The translations under genes were made by a program, and so were the position numbers. Positions 48,781-59,814 of a DNA stretch of 64,000 nt are shown here, one piece after another. This DNA comes from Octopus bimaculoides. Lineage: Eukaryota. The stretch is taken from the NCBI RefSeq assembly GCF_001194135.2, contig NC_068986.1, positions 83,179,674 through 83,243,673 of the forward strand, written 5' to 3'. Below the pieces are notes generated by a model. The model was not told where the DNA came from. It ran no database searches and saw only the letters and a list, made by a program, of their open reading frames with translations. The stretch's first letter is position 1. Each line of letters begins with the position of its first letter.

Positions 48781-48980
48781 CCCCTACCTCTGTTAGATTC
48801 GTTTGTATCTCTAGGATTTTACCGGCTGTTAGTTTTCACTTACCCACCTTGCTTTTCTTTTTTTCCATTATGACATGGGCTCGTTACTTCAGTGCTGTCT
48901 TTCTGCTTTTGTTTATTTCAGATGGCAAGAATCCATTTGTCTTCAAGCTGTGCTTTTCTCAGACCCCTATAATGGGTTAA
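31774..48980 (+). CDS. HNRNPL: Heterogeneous nuclear ribonucleoprotein L (hnRNP L / smooth orthologue), 17 coding exons, 1701 nt, 566 aa, four RRMs
   Basis: Manual exon chain with consistent phases: 31774-31851, 34613-34734, 34851-34899, 35067-35179, 35372-35447, 35532-35617, 36604-36700, 37008-37071, 40803-40877, 44055-44257, 45978-46175, 46282-46403, 46672-46802, 47053-47126, 47232-47289, 47781-47876, 48922-48980. It translates without stops into hallmark hnRNP L motifs: SPVVHVRGL, NHILLFTILNPQYPITV, QRIVIFKKNGVQAMVEF, LNGADIYSGCCTLKIEYAKP, NCDSIFNLFCLYGNV, KDFMGSRNNRFT, KNRIQGPAKVLHYFNAP, FKLCFS. Confidence 0.95.
34613..34734 (+). CDS. HNRNPL: hnRNP L exon 2 (start of RRM1)
   Basis: CAG| acceptor, DKLMEDPHKPSPSPVVHVRGLSETVVEQDLVDTLQNFGCI, donor AG|GTAAGT. 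Confidence 0.95.
34851..34899 (+). CDS. HNRNPL: hnRNP L exon 3 (RRM1)
   Basis: YVIMMPKKRQALVEFE, GT-AG boundaries. Confidence 0.95.
35067..35179 (+). CDS. HNRNPL: hnRNP L exon 4 (RRM1 end)
   Basis: DIAGATECVNYVQSNQLYVSGHPAFFNFSTSQKIQRP, GT-AG boundaries. Confidence 0.95.
35372..35447 (+). CDS. HNRNPL: hnRNP L exon 5 (RRM2 start)
   Basis: GPEDMRTANHILLFTILNPQYPITV, GT-AG boundaries. Confidence 0.95.
35532..35617 (+). CDS. HNRNPL: hnRNP L exon 6 (RRM2), ends at a U12 donor
   Basis: EVMHTISSPYGQVQRIVIFKKNGVQAMV-E, followed by ATATCCTT. Confidence 0.93.
35618..36603 (+). other. U12-type (minor) AT-AC intron, hnRNP L intron 6
   Basis: 5' site ATATCCTT at 35618, branch point TTCCTTAAC at 36586-36594, terminal AC at 36602-36603, no polypyrimidine tract. 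Splicing restores QAMVE-FES. Confidence 0.93.
36604..36700 (+). CDS. HNRNPL: hnRNP L exon 7 (RRM2)
   Basis: FESVDQAKRAKQALNGADIYSGCCTLKIEYAK, preceded by TTCCTTAAC...TAC, donor AAG|GTAAAT. Confidence 0.95.
37008..37071 (+). CDS. HNRNPL: hnRNP L exon 8 (RRM2 C-terminal extension)
   Basis: PTKLNVVRNDNESWDYSNPSL, donor TCG|GTAAGA, phase 1. Confidence 0.95.
37700..38640 (+). promoter_or_regulatory. Bipartite CA-rich intronic cluster (candidate hnRNP L binding platform) in intron 8
   Basis: Dense ACAT/TACA/CACA/ACAC motifs at about 37700-37870 and 38160-38640 on the sense strand of an otherwise T-rich intron set. Confidence 0.65.
38748..38817 (+). other. Candidate poison cassette exon, 70 nt (alternative longer form to 38943)
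   Basis: Branch-point-like TACTGAC at 38716-38722, CAG acceptor ending at 38747, purine-rich (GAG)n enhancer-like tract, donor AAT|GTGAGC at 38818. Inclusion gives a premature stop. Confidence 0.6.
40803..40877 (+). CDS. HNRNPL: hnRNP L exon 9 (75 nt, symmetric phase 1-1)
   Basis: KSPVVAKNQPLLQDPRY resembles the QPPLLGDHP linker motif. Acceptor TTTGTTTCAG|, donor ATG|GTGAGT. Confidence 0.85.
44055..44257 (+). CDS. HNRNPL: hnRNP L exon 10 (Gly/Pro/Tyr-rich linker)
   Basis: Open Gly-rich frame in phase with exons 9 and 11. Acceptor TTTTAG|, donor CTT|GTAAGC. The donor position is the least certain boundary in the model. Confidence 0.8.
44560..45122 (-). mobile_element. DINE/Helentron-like non-autonomous element in hnRNP L intron 10
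   Basis: Reverse complement of the element at 59815-60190 (TTATTACC...GTTTGTTTGT...GATATCTCAAGAA...GGATGG type start). Confidence 0.6.
45978..46175 (+). CDS. HNRNPL: hnRNP L exon 11 (linker plus RRM3 start)
   Basis: ...GPQQGAVLMAYSLNMDKINCDSIFNLFCLYGNVVR, GT-AG boundaries. Confidence 0.95.
46282..46403 (+). CDS. HNRNPL: hnRNP L exon 12 (RRM3)
   Basis: IKFLKSKEGSAMIQMGDNQAVDRVIQNLSGCYFVGKKIQL, donor GG|GTTAGT. Confidence 0.95.
46672..46802 (+). CDS. HNRNPL: hnRNP L exon 13 (RRM3-RRM4 linker), ends at a U12 donor
   Basis: YSKQAFLQDVPNPHTLPDGSPSFKDFMGSRNNRFTNPEAASKN, followed by C|ATATCCTTTT. Confidence 0.93.
46803..47052 (+). other. U12-type (minor) intron with AT-AA termini, hnRNP L intron 13
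   Basis: 5' site ATATCCTTTT at 46803, branch point TCCTTAAC at 47036-47043. Only the AA at 47051-47052 restores KNRIQ. Confidence 0.8.
47053..47126 (+). CDS. HNRNPL: hnRNP L exon 14 (RRM4 start)
   Basis: (R)IQGPAKVLHYFNAPPNITEDEICQ. The start is fixed by the conserved KNRIQ frame, donor CAG|GTTGGT. Confidence 0.88.
47232..47289 (+). CDS. HNRNPL: hnRNP L exon 15 (RRM4)
   Basis: VFTDAGAKSPVRIKQFPSR, donor GTA|GTAAGT. Confidence 0.92.
47781..47876 (+). CDS. HNRNPL: hnRNP L exon 16 (RRM4)
   Basis: ERSSTGLVEFETKADAIEGLVACNHQSIPNP, GT-AG boundaries. Confidence 0.95.
48922..48980 (+). CDS. HNRNPL: hnRNP L exon 17, terminal coding exon
   Basis: GKNPFVFKLCFSQTPIMG then TAA at 48978-48980. LKLCFS-type C-terminal motif. 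Confidence 0.93.
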
Positions 48981-49771
48981 GCTGGTTCTCTGATTTTAGG
49001 AGATTGCCAACCATGGTTGATATAAGCTGTATACTTAACCCATATATGTCTATTTGTCTTTATTGATGATAAAATGTCTAGAATCATATGAATTAAATGG
49101 AAGCAAGAGAACTCCTCACTCAGGCATTTTACTTCACCTCCTCATGTTCTCCAAAGCTATGTAGCTACCATTATTCATGTCTTAGTTCTTCTCATCATTC
49201 ACATCATAATTAAAAAAAAAAATTAAAAAAAAAGATTGACTCCAATTTTTATTTTCTCCTTTTTATTGAGAATACTTGAAATTCCTCATTTTTACATGTT
49301 TCATTACTGGGAAGTTTGACTTTGGGCTTGCTTTTGAGGTTGACAATGAACGTGGTAGCCCATTCTAATGTACTTTTTTTTTTTTAAGAATGTATCAATT
49401 ATTGCTCTAGGTCCTGTCTCTGTTCCTGTCACTCATGAATTTATCATTTTAGTTACAATGTGTGTGTAATATGTGCATGCACTGCTTCCTATTTATTGAT
49501 GGCCAGCAAAATTTTACCATTCTAATGCTTAGTTTTTAACATCATCTAAATTTAGGTTAACATTCAGTTATGCACTGACTTCATTTAGTTCTTTGCCTGC
49601 CAGTATTAAAATAATACCCTTAGAACTGACTGCTGGGCAATTCTTTGAATAAACAAATTATAATTTTAAAAAAATACAGCTTTTTTTTTTTTTCCTCTCC
49701 CTTTATATAATTAATTGTATCTTGGAAATACGTAAAAGACAAAAATTTAAGTTTAATTTTCATTTTTTTAA

Positions 49772-49777
49772 AATAAA
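49772..49777 (+). terminator. Candidate polyadenylation signal AATAAA (another at 49648-49653)
   Basis: AATAAA about 790 nt after the stop, followed by TG/T-rich sequence. No transcript evidence. Confidence 0.4.
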
Positions 49778-51043
49778 ATGTATTTATGTAGTGCATTGTT
49801 ACATGTTATTTTGTTTATCATATTGTTATCCTTCATTGTGCAGATATATGCATACTAATTTCCACTGTAGGTAAATTTCACATTTGTAAAACTTGTCAGA
49901 TCACACGTCGATGCTGTTTCTGGGTGTTTTTTTTCAATTCTTAGTATTAACAGCTGCCTACTGATTGTGAGTCAGGGTTGGATCCCCAGTGAGTGTTATA
50001 AACTGTCTGAAATTGCTTATTTTCTAAACAAACAAGTTAGCCTATAAGTTCGGCATTATCTGTACTTACAGGGGGCTTGTTGAGAGGTGAATATATATAT
50101 ATATTCACATATCACTTAGGGGGTTGTTTATTTTGCTGAGAATTGATCGTATTAAGAGGCAATGCAGTTATTAGCAGTAGCAAGCTGTTACGATTGAATT
50201 TCTTATTTTGTATATATGATATAATTGGAAAAAGGGCTTTTTGAAAATTTGGTTGTGAGCATAGATGTTAGAAAATAGGTCCACAGCAAAGGTTAGTAGT
50301 ATGTAATGTAATTTACTACACAATGCATTTCATCAGATATTGCTGTTCATTGGATCTGACCAATTTGAGACTGATTTTGTACACAAGACCACCATTTTTA
50401 TTGTTTCAGGTGGATATGATTAAGCTCTTTACAGTGGAAAGCAATTCACTCACCAAGTAGCAGGTTATCCCTTTCATTACTGTATTTATTTTGAGATGCT
50501 CTGTTTCATTCGATTACTTTAAATATAACAAAGAATTTAGTAAAATAACTTGGTTATCATTCATCTAGTGCTGGAACATAAATTGTCAAAGCTTATGGAA
50601 AGCAAGACCTTTATGAACGGGGTTTACTTGGTTTCTGTTTATCAAATTAAACTGGTAGAAGTTGGTGTGCATATCCATATGCAATGCTAAGAATGTGGTG
50701 TAGGAAATCTAAGAGTACTAGTGGTTACTTTTGTGAATTTGAATCCTTTAGTATGGACAATAATGTAAGAACTGGGGTCTGATATATCAAACTATTCTAC
50801 CAGTCCATTACCTCAAAACGTTTTATTGTCCCACCTCCAAAACTTTATTTGAATAGCATGCAGATGGCATGACTAGAATGAGTTACAATTGCTTTTAGTG
50901 AATGGTATATTTAATAGTTGTAGAGACAAGCATGCCTATTTCTGAGAATTGCATCTTTCTATAATTTATTTTTCTCAGTCAGAAGTGCTCCAAAGTGAAA
51001 CCTGTGTAGATGTTCAAGTAAAGATGTTGATTTTTGAGTTTAA

Positions 51044-52835
51044 CCCTTTTGTTACTATATTTCTGACCAAAATACACCCATCATAAGTTTCAATTAAATT
51101 CTAAAATAATCATGAATTTAGCTGTTTCATTAAACAACTGTAACTTTTTACTTAGCATATTAATGTGATATTTGAAACATAATTAAAGTGTTCTTAATCA
51201 ATTCTATTGCATAACTTTTGTCTCAATGTGACTAATTACAGGTAAATCCAGGTAAATTTATTAAAATTTAGTTTAAACATCACCATAGAAAATGAATCAT
51301 CAGCTAATATTCAATTGGATGTGCAACACAATTTTGATATAGAAGAATTGTGCACATTACTACATTATCAGTTGAATTTAGTGCACAACAGAACAGGTGT
51401 ACCATTAATGTGAAATACTAGAATCCACTGCAAATCGGTCAAAAAATATACGGTTATGGTATGGGAGTGATAAATTCCGGACCACATCGTATCCTAGGCC
51501 ATGCGGACTAACATTATTTTCCCTGTATAAAAACTAAATCCACAGCAGTACCCAGTATTTGCTTCACAAATTTTTCAAGCTTTGATCCCCCCATTTCGTG
51601 GGTATATCCTGGCATATACTGCATAATAGTGTAAAATCGCCTTTGCTGTCGTTGGTTTCAGATACAGAAATATCCTTTTCATTCTTGTACACTACGTGCT
51701 TTTGTACCTCATTCATTCTTTTTCTCGATGTCTCCATATTTTGTTTTGAAAAACCTTTCAATTCGGAATCTCTGCTTGATGGCATAAAACTCCTATCAAC
51801 ACCGAAAATATGTGAAGAAGTTTCCCAAAATTCACTGAGAAGTTAAATTGTATTTTCACATTTAAGTAACAATGGATACTTATGGCCGGGTGGTCTTGGA
51901 AGGACCATAAAATTTTTCGGCGGGGTTAGTATCGAAAGGGTTGATTGAGTTATATAATGAATATACAGGTGATTAGTGTTGGAGTCTACATTCTATTCTA
52001 GTTTTATAGGACAAAAGTAAATCTCATCCAGAATAGACTTTTATATATATATATATATTGAGAGAGAGAGAATGGTTTTGGCAATGTTTCTCTTGAGATT
52101 GAAGCATGTGACTTTAAGGGCTTTAGGAGAAATGTAATTTTAAAGTGTTTTTGGATTTACATTGATGAAAGCAGTAGTTGGACAGAAAATCATGGTTGGT
52201 ATAACCGAAGACACAGTTATAAGGTTCACCTATGTCCATTTTGATGAATATGGAGAAAGTACATTGGAGCTGTCTACAGAGAAGCGGCTGATCTGATCCA
52301 GTTGGTAGGAGGTAGTTCGTAACTTCAGGTATTTAGGGAGGTTGCTGGTGAACCATCTGGATTTTGGTTGTGATGACTTAGTAGTAATTCTGTTTAGATC
52401 TGTGGGTCCCAACCTTTTTGCTACCAAAGATCCCTTTAATTTAAATGAATTTTCCCATGAACCTCAGGATATTGAATGGTCTGTCAGCTTAACATATTTA
52501 TGGACCACTGGTTTTAGATTTGATACTATTCTCTCTCTCCGCTGGATTAAAGCACATTTGCTACCAAAGAAAGAAAAACTTACCTGATTAGTTGACTGGC
52601 TTAATTTTATCTGGGTTCAGTGTCAAAAGGTTGTACAATAAGTAGGTTTAACACTTTTGTTGCCATGTTTCTGTTGAGATGTATTGGTTTCATGTCAATT
52701 AATTTTGAAGACATTGAATTTAGTGAAATACTTTTGTCATTAGCAAGCTGGTGTTTGGAACATCACATTCAAGTTTGAGAGATTTTAATTTAGATCAGTT
52801 TCAGGGAACCAGGGCAGTTTGGTATTGAAAGGGTT
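51044..52835. mobile_element. piggyBac-like MITE ends with nested insertions
   Basis: TTAA|CCCTTTTGTTAC at 51040-51055. Right-end-like GTAT(C/T)GAAAGGG-TT(G/A) at about 51929-51944, 52823-52836 and 48621-48636. Confidence 0.4.
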
Positions 52836-53229
52836 AGGGAGTATTCTTTTCAGTAGGATTTTGTACTTTGATGGCAACAAATTGAAAAGGCATAACTCGT
52901 ACAATGATTGGTAATGAAATACACATTGAAGCTTTAACAGATGATTGTAAAAAAGAGGCAGTTGGAAAATGATGATTATCCAGTTTATTAGAGTTCACAG
53001 CACTAGATCATGCTTTAAAATCAATTCACTGTAGTACTTACAAGTTGTGTACCTTCACCTAATTACCACATTTAGTCTCATTGTGATCAAATCTGGCTTG
53101 CAAAACATTACCTTGTAATGCAATGTGTTATTGGACCTAGTCATAGACCTTAAATTTAGGTTTGAGTGTCTAAGTTAAAAATTAGTGTAAAAACTGATTA
53201 TGAAGACTTATTTCATAAGGATTTTTAAG

Positions 53230-53960
53230 ATGTTTTCCATCTGAAGTAATACCATATTGGTAGGGTACCGATAGTTGCTTTGTTGTTACTCACTTTGATT
53301 TTAGGTCACAGACCCAATATGTGCAATGATGCATCATTTTATATGCACATTACCAAGATGCTGGTTGGATGGATACTGAGGTCCTTTAAGACAAGAAAAT
53401 ATGTTGACCCTGCAGAGAACCATTGTTCTGAGCTGCCTGGACTACTGCTCCCAGTTATGATCACCACATAGTGCCAGACTAACAGCAGGGCTTGGTGCAG
53501 TCCAATGCTACTACACTAAAATGATTGCAGCAGATGAGCTACAGGTACAGACTGAAAAAACTCAAACTTTATTACATATCTCTCATGCCTTTGCTCTGGG
53601 GAGTAATCTACAAATGGAAAACTAGAGGGGCTAGTACCTAATTTCAGCATTGCTACAGAAAGGGCTGCCATTGTATTGTACCAATGGTACTGACTCTCTA
53701 AATTCAGGACCAAGTACTGTAATAGTCCAGGGTTCAAAGGCTCAGATTTTCAATACCCTGCCACATAAATTAAGATATGTACATAAGGTGGAAGTAGATG
53801 TCTTCAAAAGGGAGTTAGATTTCCTCCTCTCCACAATACGGGATGAACCAGCAGCCCAATGTGAAGTGCAAATGAGGGTAGCGGAATCCCTTGTACACCA
53901 AATGGGACAAAGGCGCATACAGGAGTGGTGATGTGAAACTCACCAGACTGAGGAAATTAG
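53230..53960 (+). mobile_element. CR1/L2-like LINE 3' fragment
   Basis: GSKAQIFNTLPHKLRYVHKVEVDVFKRELDFLLSTIRDEP, homologous to 58760-59330. Confidence 0.7.
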
Positions 53961-54843
53961 ACCATGTTGGGATGACCTAATATATATATACATGTATGGA
54001 TCGAAGGGTCAAAGACACCACTTGCAGTGGACACTTTGCATCATTGCAGAAGGGGAAAATTAGCAATCATCCCCTTTAAGTTACGGTCAGACAATGAACA
54101 TTTTTGGAAATATAAAGAATAAGTACAAACCACTACTGAACACAAAAAATGATATTCCGCCCCACCAATAACAAGATTCTCTTCTTTTTTTTTTTAATAT
54201 GCATATATCCAAATAGAAGTGGATGACCCCCTACATTTTCAGTCATTCGGCCATTGAAGAGAATAACACTGGGAGGTACACTACCATTTCACTAATCCCC
54301 CTCCCTCCAATGTATATGTAAACTTAAATACTTGAATAGTGTTGATACGAATACATACGTATGTAGGTATATGTAAATATATGGGTTCGTATGGACTAGA
54401 AAATTGTGTAGATATATATGTGTGTATGCTTGTGACACACAGTCACTGACTTTGTAAAAAGAAAAGCTTAGTTCTAAATCTCTGAACAAGAAACATGCAG
54501 CAACAGTATTTTAGAGTAAAATTATTTACCAACGTAAAGTCATTTTAAAATAATACACTTCAAACAAAACCTAGTGGTGCCATTTCTAGCCAAGTGATTA
54601 TTCTGTGCTGATGAAGAGAAATAACCCAGAAACCATTGGCACACAGATATCGCTTTGAGCTGAGTGGGGACACAGTGTCGATAGCCAGCTAGAGAAGATG
54701 TTTTCCTGGGGCTAAAAAGTAGTAGCATTCATCCTAATCAGGACTACCACTTTACGTTGACAAATGAACTTTACTCAGAAGTACTGTGGCTGCATGTTTC
54801 TCATTCAGAGATTTAGAACTAATAGTTTTTCTATTTATGTGTA

Positions 54844-56438
54844 TCTATCTATATATATATAACGTGTATGAAATTGTACAACAATGCAGAGTGGACTATA
54901 TTATAATAGCTGTTAAGAATAATTTAATTATTCATAGTCTAATATAATATTTCAGAATATAAATAAATAAATGAATGGAAAGAAAGATGTACCATTTTTC
55001 TATTCATTTATTTATTTATCTTACCCCATATAACTCTCAATAGCTGTTTTTTTATCTTTTAATTTTATCAGATAGTTAGCATGCAATCAACCAATGAATA
55101 TATATTTATATATATATTCAGCTCTTCGAAGCGCCGGTGTTAAAACGGTGGTAGCTGACAAAGGAGAATGTTCTCTGTGTGGCTTGTGTGTTTTCTTGTC
55201 TACGTTTTGTTTGCAATGTCCTGCACCTATACATACAGGTGGATGTCGGTATGCACATACCTGTACGTATATATGCATATACTCATTTACTATTTGTTTT
55301 TATATATATATATATATGCACATATATATACATACATATATCTACTACATATGTGGAAAATCAGTGTGTTTGTTTGTGGTGTTGTTAGCTATCTCCTACT
55401 ACATCGTTTTATTGTATTTGATAAAACTTGACACGTGAGTAGAACTCATGTCTGGAAACCTCGTGACATACTTAGATTGTTGAAAAATCGATAATACGGT
55501 CCCTGGAAGGGACCTTTATATCTACACCATATAACTAATTGTTTTTAAACACCCAAGGGAAATAACCCATAGGACCTATACAGTATTTTTCTAAACACTC
55601 AAGGGAAATAACCCATTGATTTTTTTTTGTGTGTCCTATTTCTAATTTTTGCAGACGATATCACTTTTATACTTTGACACATGAGTAGAACTCATGTCTG
55701 GAAACCTCGTGACATACTTAGAGTGTTGAAAAAAATTGATAATTGGGTCCATCTATCTACTACATATTACTAATATTTTATTTCAACAACCCAAGGGAAA
55801 TAACCAATACCACCTGCAGTTTCTAGCGCAGCGATCAATATTTGATTCTCACAATCAGCTGACCTAATTCTGTATTTCACTACTCACAGTTTTGAACTGC
55901 TAAACATTATTATCGCACTTCATTAATACATTTCTATACATACTTTTTTGAATGCCCATTACTACGATAATTCTGCATTTTTACAGTTACATTTTTTCCA
56001 TGACAGTAGGTAAATTTTTTGTTGCACAATATATTTATATTTGTAGTGGTTTCGTGAAAGCATAGTGTGGATTCGATCCTCGATTGCCAAATTTCACTTA
56101 ACCCTTCAACAGCACTTTTCTCTCAGTAAAACAATAGTTGTTCTGTGAATGACAGCAGTTATACATTTCCCAGATGCCTTCACTAATAAGAATAATGTCT
56201 TTGCCTCTCGCCAACCTCCACCAACCTACGGCAATCTTTCTCAACAACCTCCGAAAATCTGTCTTGCCAACTTCCAACAATCTCTCCCTCCTCCTCCAGC
56301 TGACAGTTTCTTGTACTTTTTCATGACGGAAAATACACCTTTTGTGGCAGTTATAATGAAAGTGCTTTCTTATATCAGAGTAATAAAGCATTTCAATAGT
56401 ACATCTTTACCCCCGGGAATTACCGGGCACACCAGCTA

Positions 56439-56439
<1 letters not shown>
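54844..56439 (+). mobile_element. Non-autonomous Helitron
   Basis: A|TCTATCTATATA 5' end. 3' hairpin CCCGG-gaatta-CCGGG (56412-56427) followed by CTAG (56436-56439) then T. Confidence 0.65.
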
Positions 56440-56469
<30 letters not shown>

Positions 56470-56471
<2 letters not shown>

Positions 56472-57716
56472 AGGGTTGGACAAAATAATGGAATGGCCTT
56501 AACATTTCAAACAAATTTATTTTAATATAGCATAAGACTGCCTCTGGCAGTAATTATAGCTTGAATTCCATGTGGTATGGGTTGTACAAAGTTTGAATTT
56601 TTTCAAGAGGGATTTTTATCTATCCTTCAGCTAAAACACTCGCCAGTTCTTGTAGTGATGATGGTGGAGGATATCGACTCCTTACTTGTTTTTCTAAAAT
56701 GCACCATAAATCTTCGATAATATTGAGATCTGGGGACTGTGGTGGCCAGATGAGATGTTCAACTTCACTAGAATGTTCCTCATACCATTCAGTAACAACT
56801 TTAGATGTATGAATTGGTGTGTTATCATCCTGAAAGATTGTGTTTCCCTCCGGAAACAGTTTTACAACCAGAGGATGAATTTGGTCAGATAAAATGCTTA
56901 AATAGTCTTGACTATTGATTCTGCTATTAAGGGAAACCATTGGGCTGGTGGATTTCCAAGATATAGCCCTCCTAGATCATCACAGATCCTCCTCCATGTT
57001 TAAAAGTTGAAAGAAGGCAGTCTGAGTCAAATGCTTCTTTTGGCTGTCTCCGCACGTATACTTAGCCAATTTTCAGAGATAAGGTAAAGGATGACTCGTC
57101 TGAGAAAATAACATTCTTAGGGACCAATTCTGTAGGTTTTTACTCCACTCTAAACTTTTGTTTTTGAAAGTAGTGGCTTTCTGATTGCAGTCCACTCATG
57201 AAATCTGGCTATGTGAAGCTCCCAGTGTACAGTTTTTGTGGAAACTGGGCTCTCAAGATGGTCATTAAGCTCTGCAATAATTTTGGGAGGTGTACTCTTG
57301 TGATCCTTTCTAACAATTCGCATAAGAGCCCGACGGTCCCTATCTGAAAGTTTTGGTTTTGTTCCAGAGTTTTGTTTCATTGAGGTTTTTCCCTCTTTCT
57401 CAAAGACTCATTATTTTCAAGACAGTACTTCTTGATACACCAAACATTTCGGGTATTTTCATTATGCTAGCGCCTGCCATACGAGCACCAACAGTTTGAC
57501 CTTTTTGAAAGTCCGATAGATCTGTCATTTTAATGAATTTTAATTACATTTTCCTGATGATATCTGAAAAGAAACAGCAACTTTAGCAAAACATATTAAG
57601 CAACACTAATAATAAATTAAAAAACATAAAAATAAACAAGCTTTGACAACTTTATAGATATTTCAAAATTATGGTGCGATGATGCCAGATGTTTCCATTA
57701 TTTTGTCCAACCCCTG
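56470..57716 (-). mobile_element. Full-length but decayed Tc1 element (DD34E-type), 1247 bp
   Basis: TA-flanked TIRs CA(A/G)GGGTTGGACAAAATAATGGAA. ORF fragments KPKLSDRDRRALMRIVRK...RKPLL and IFQDDNTPIHTS...WPPQSPDLNIIEDLW. Confidence 0.92.
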
Positions 57717-58254
57717 TATATATGTATATATACAGTATGTGGGTTTAGTTCACAGGTGATCTAAATGATTAGGTACTTTAGGTAAGTGCTGTAACAGATT
57801 ACTGGGGCTGTAAGGTTATAGCCGAGACAGTAGTTATGGAGCCATTGCTGATTTCCAGTGCAGCGGATCTAGAAGTGTTAAACAGGACGTCAAACGTTAA
57901 TGTAAGGCAAACATCTCAAGTCATATACAATATTATTATAGGAAGAGATTCAAAATCTTACAGCTGATTCTGGGATATTCCGTCATCAGAGATAAATAGG
58001 GGGAAAAAATATGGAAAATGAGGATGGTATATATCAGTAAGATGACAACATAGAGGAAGGGAGTAAAAGAATAAGATGGAAAAAAGAGGCATAAAAGATC
58101 ATAGTTCAACTTTGGCTTTCTCCCTCGTTCTCAAAGGCTGTCAAGACAATACAAGCTTTTGATGGTCTAATAAATATTTCAAAATTATGATGTTAGTTGT
58201 TTCCATTATTTTGTCCAACTCCTGTATATATATATATATATATATTATCATCAT

Positions 58255-58660
58255 CATCATCATCATCTTCGTTTAACGTCCGCTTTCCATGCTAGCATGG
58301 GTTGGACGATATGAGGACTGGTGAACCAGATGACTGCACCAGGATCCAATCTGATCTGGCAGAGTTTCTACAGCTGGATGCCCTTCTTAATGCCAACCAC
58401 TCTGAGTGAAGTGGGTGCTTTTACATGCCACCGGCATGATGGCCAGTCTGGCGATACTGGCAACAGCTACGTTCAAATGATGTTTTTACGTGCCACCTGC
58501 ACAGGAGTCAGTCCAGGGGCACTGGCAATGATCTCGCTCGAAAGTCCTTAGACATGCTGCGGGCACAAGTGCCAGAAAGGCGATGCTGGGCACATGTGCC
58601 ATCACAATTTCGCTTTAGCTTGCCCCAATAAGTCTTCGCAAGCTGAGTTTCGTGTCCAAA
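58255..58660 (-). mobile_element. RTE-related 3' fragment / SINE-like element with (GAT)n tail
   Basis: (CAT)n then GTTTAACGTCCGCTTTCCATGCTAGCATGGGTTGG. The distal part is homologous to 707-930. Confidence 0.7.
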
Positions 58661-58759
58661 TATATATATATATATAGATATATATATATGTATATATATG
58701 TATATATATATATAGATATATAAGTGCAGACAACTGGCGGGATCCATACTAAGGACATT

Positions 58760-59330
58760 GAGGACAAGGGATCAACAAGTCATGTTGACTCTATGGAAGA
58801 CCTTTATCCTCAGCCGCCTAGACTACTGCTCTCAGCTTTGGTCACCACACAGTGTCAAGCTAACAATGGAGCTTGAAGCAATCCAGCATCACTACACTTA
58901 AACGATTGCTACAGTCCAACAGATGAACTACAGGGAGAGGCTGAAAGAACTATGACTCTACTCCCTAGAGTGCAGACAGGAGAGATATGTAGTAATTTAT
59001 ATGTGGAAAATACTGGAAGGGCTAGTACCTAATGTTGGCATCAAGTGTTATATCAATGCTTGTACTGGACGCCACTTCATAATTCCGAAGGTACTGTCCA
59101 ATGCATCTAATATAAGAACCAGGTACTGCAACAGCCTAGGGTTCAGAGGACCACAGCTCTTCAATGCTCTGCCAAAAGAATTGAGAAACTTACACGAAAT
59201 AGATGTGGAAGTCTTCAAAAAGAAACAGGACACTTTCCTATCCACAATACCAGAAGAACTAGACATGAGGCACAGTTGAGAACAGCAGTGTCACATTTCC
59301 TCATACACCAGATGGGCTATCAACAATTTT
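58760..59330 (+). mobile_element. CR1/L2-like LINE 3' fragment
   Basis: ERYVVIYMWKILEGLVPN...NSLGFRGPQLFNALPKELRNL...VFKKKQDTFLSTIP. Confidence 0.8.
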
Positions 59331-59814
59331 GTTGGGATTGCATTTGTCGGAGGAGAGGAACCACGGAAGGATTCTGCAGAGGGTACAAAAATAAAGAATG
59401 AAAAAAATCATGGTGGTGCTCCAGCATGACCACAGCCACCTGGCTGACACACAAAAGAATAACTAATACAGCTTTTCCGACGTTGATCTCATTTTCTTCT
59501 TGGAAATTTACAGATTTTACATGCACAAATGAAGCAGGTAAGAACAAATATGCAAGGCTTTTCCCAAGTTCAAAACGAGACATTGTTTGCATTATATCTA
59601 CATTCCACACACATAAATACCTCCGCCTTAAAACCTCCATGCTTCCTGAAATACGCCAACACTACACCTGATATCCTTCCCTCCATAAGCATGCATACAT
59701 GTACATCATGACTCATACACTGTTCACTTTCCTGACTTTTGTACATAATTCTATATACTGTAGGTGCACCTTTATGAATTGTAGTGCACCTGAGTATTAT
59801 ACACAATAATTTCA

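Noticed and set aside
54601-54646. Hammerhead-like CTGATGA...GAAAC motif (weaker look-alikes near 2095-2165 and 55120-55160)
   Set aside because: Stems II and III do not pair and there is no valid cleavage triplet. At best these are decayed Penelope-type remnants.
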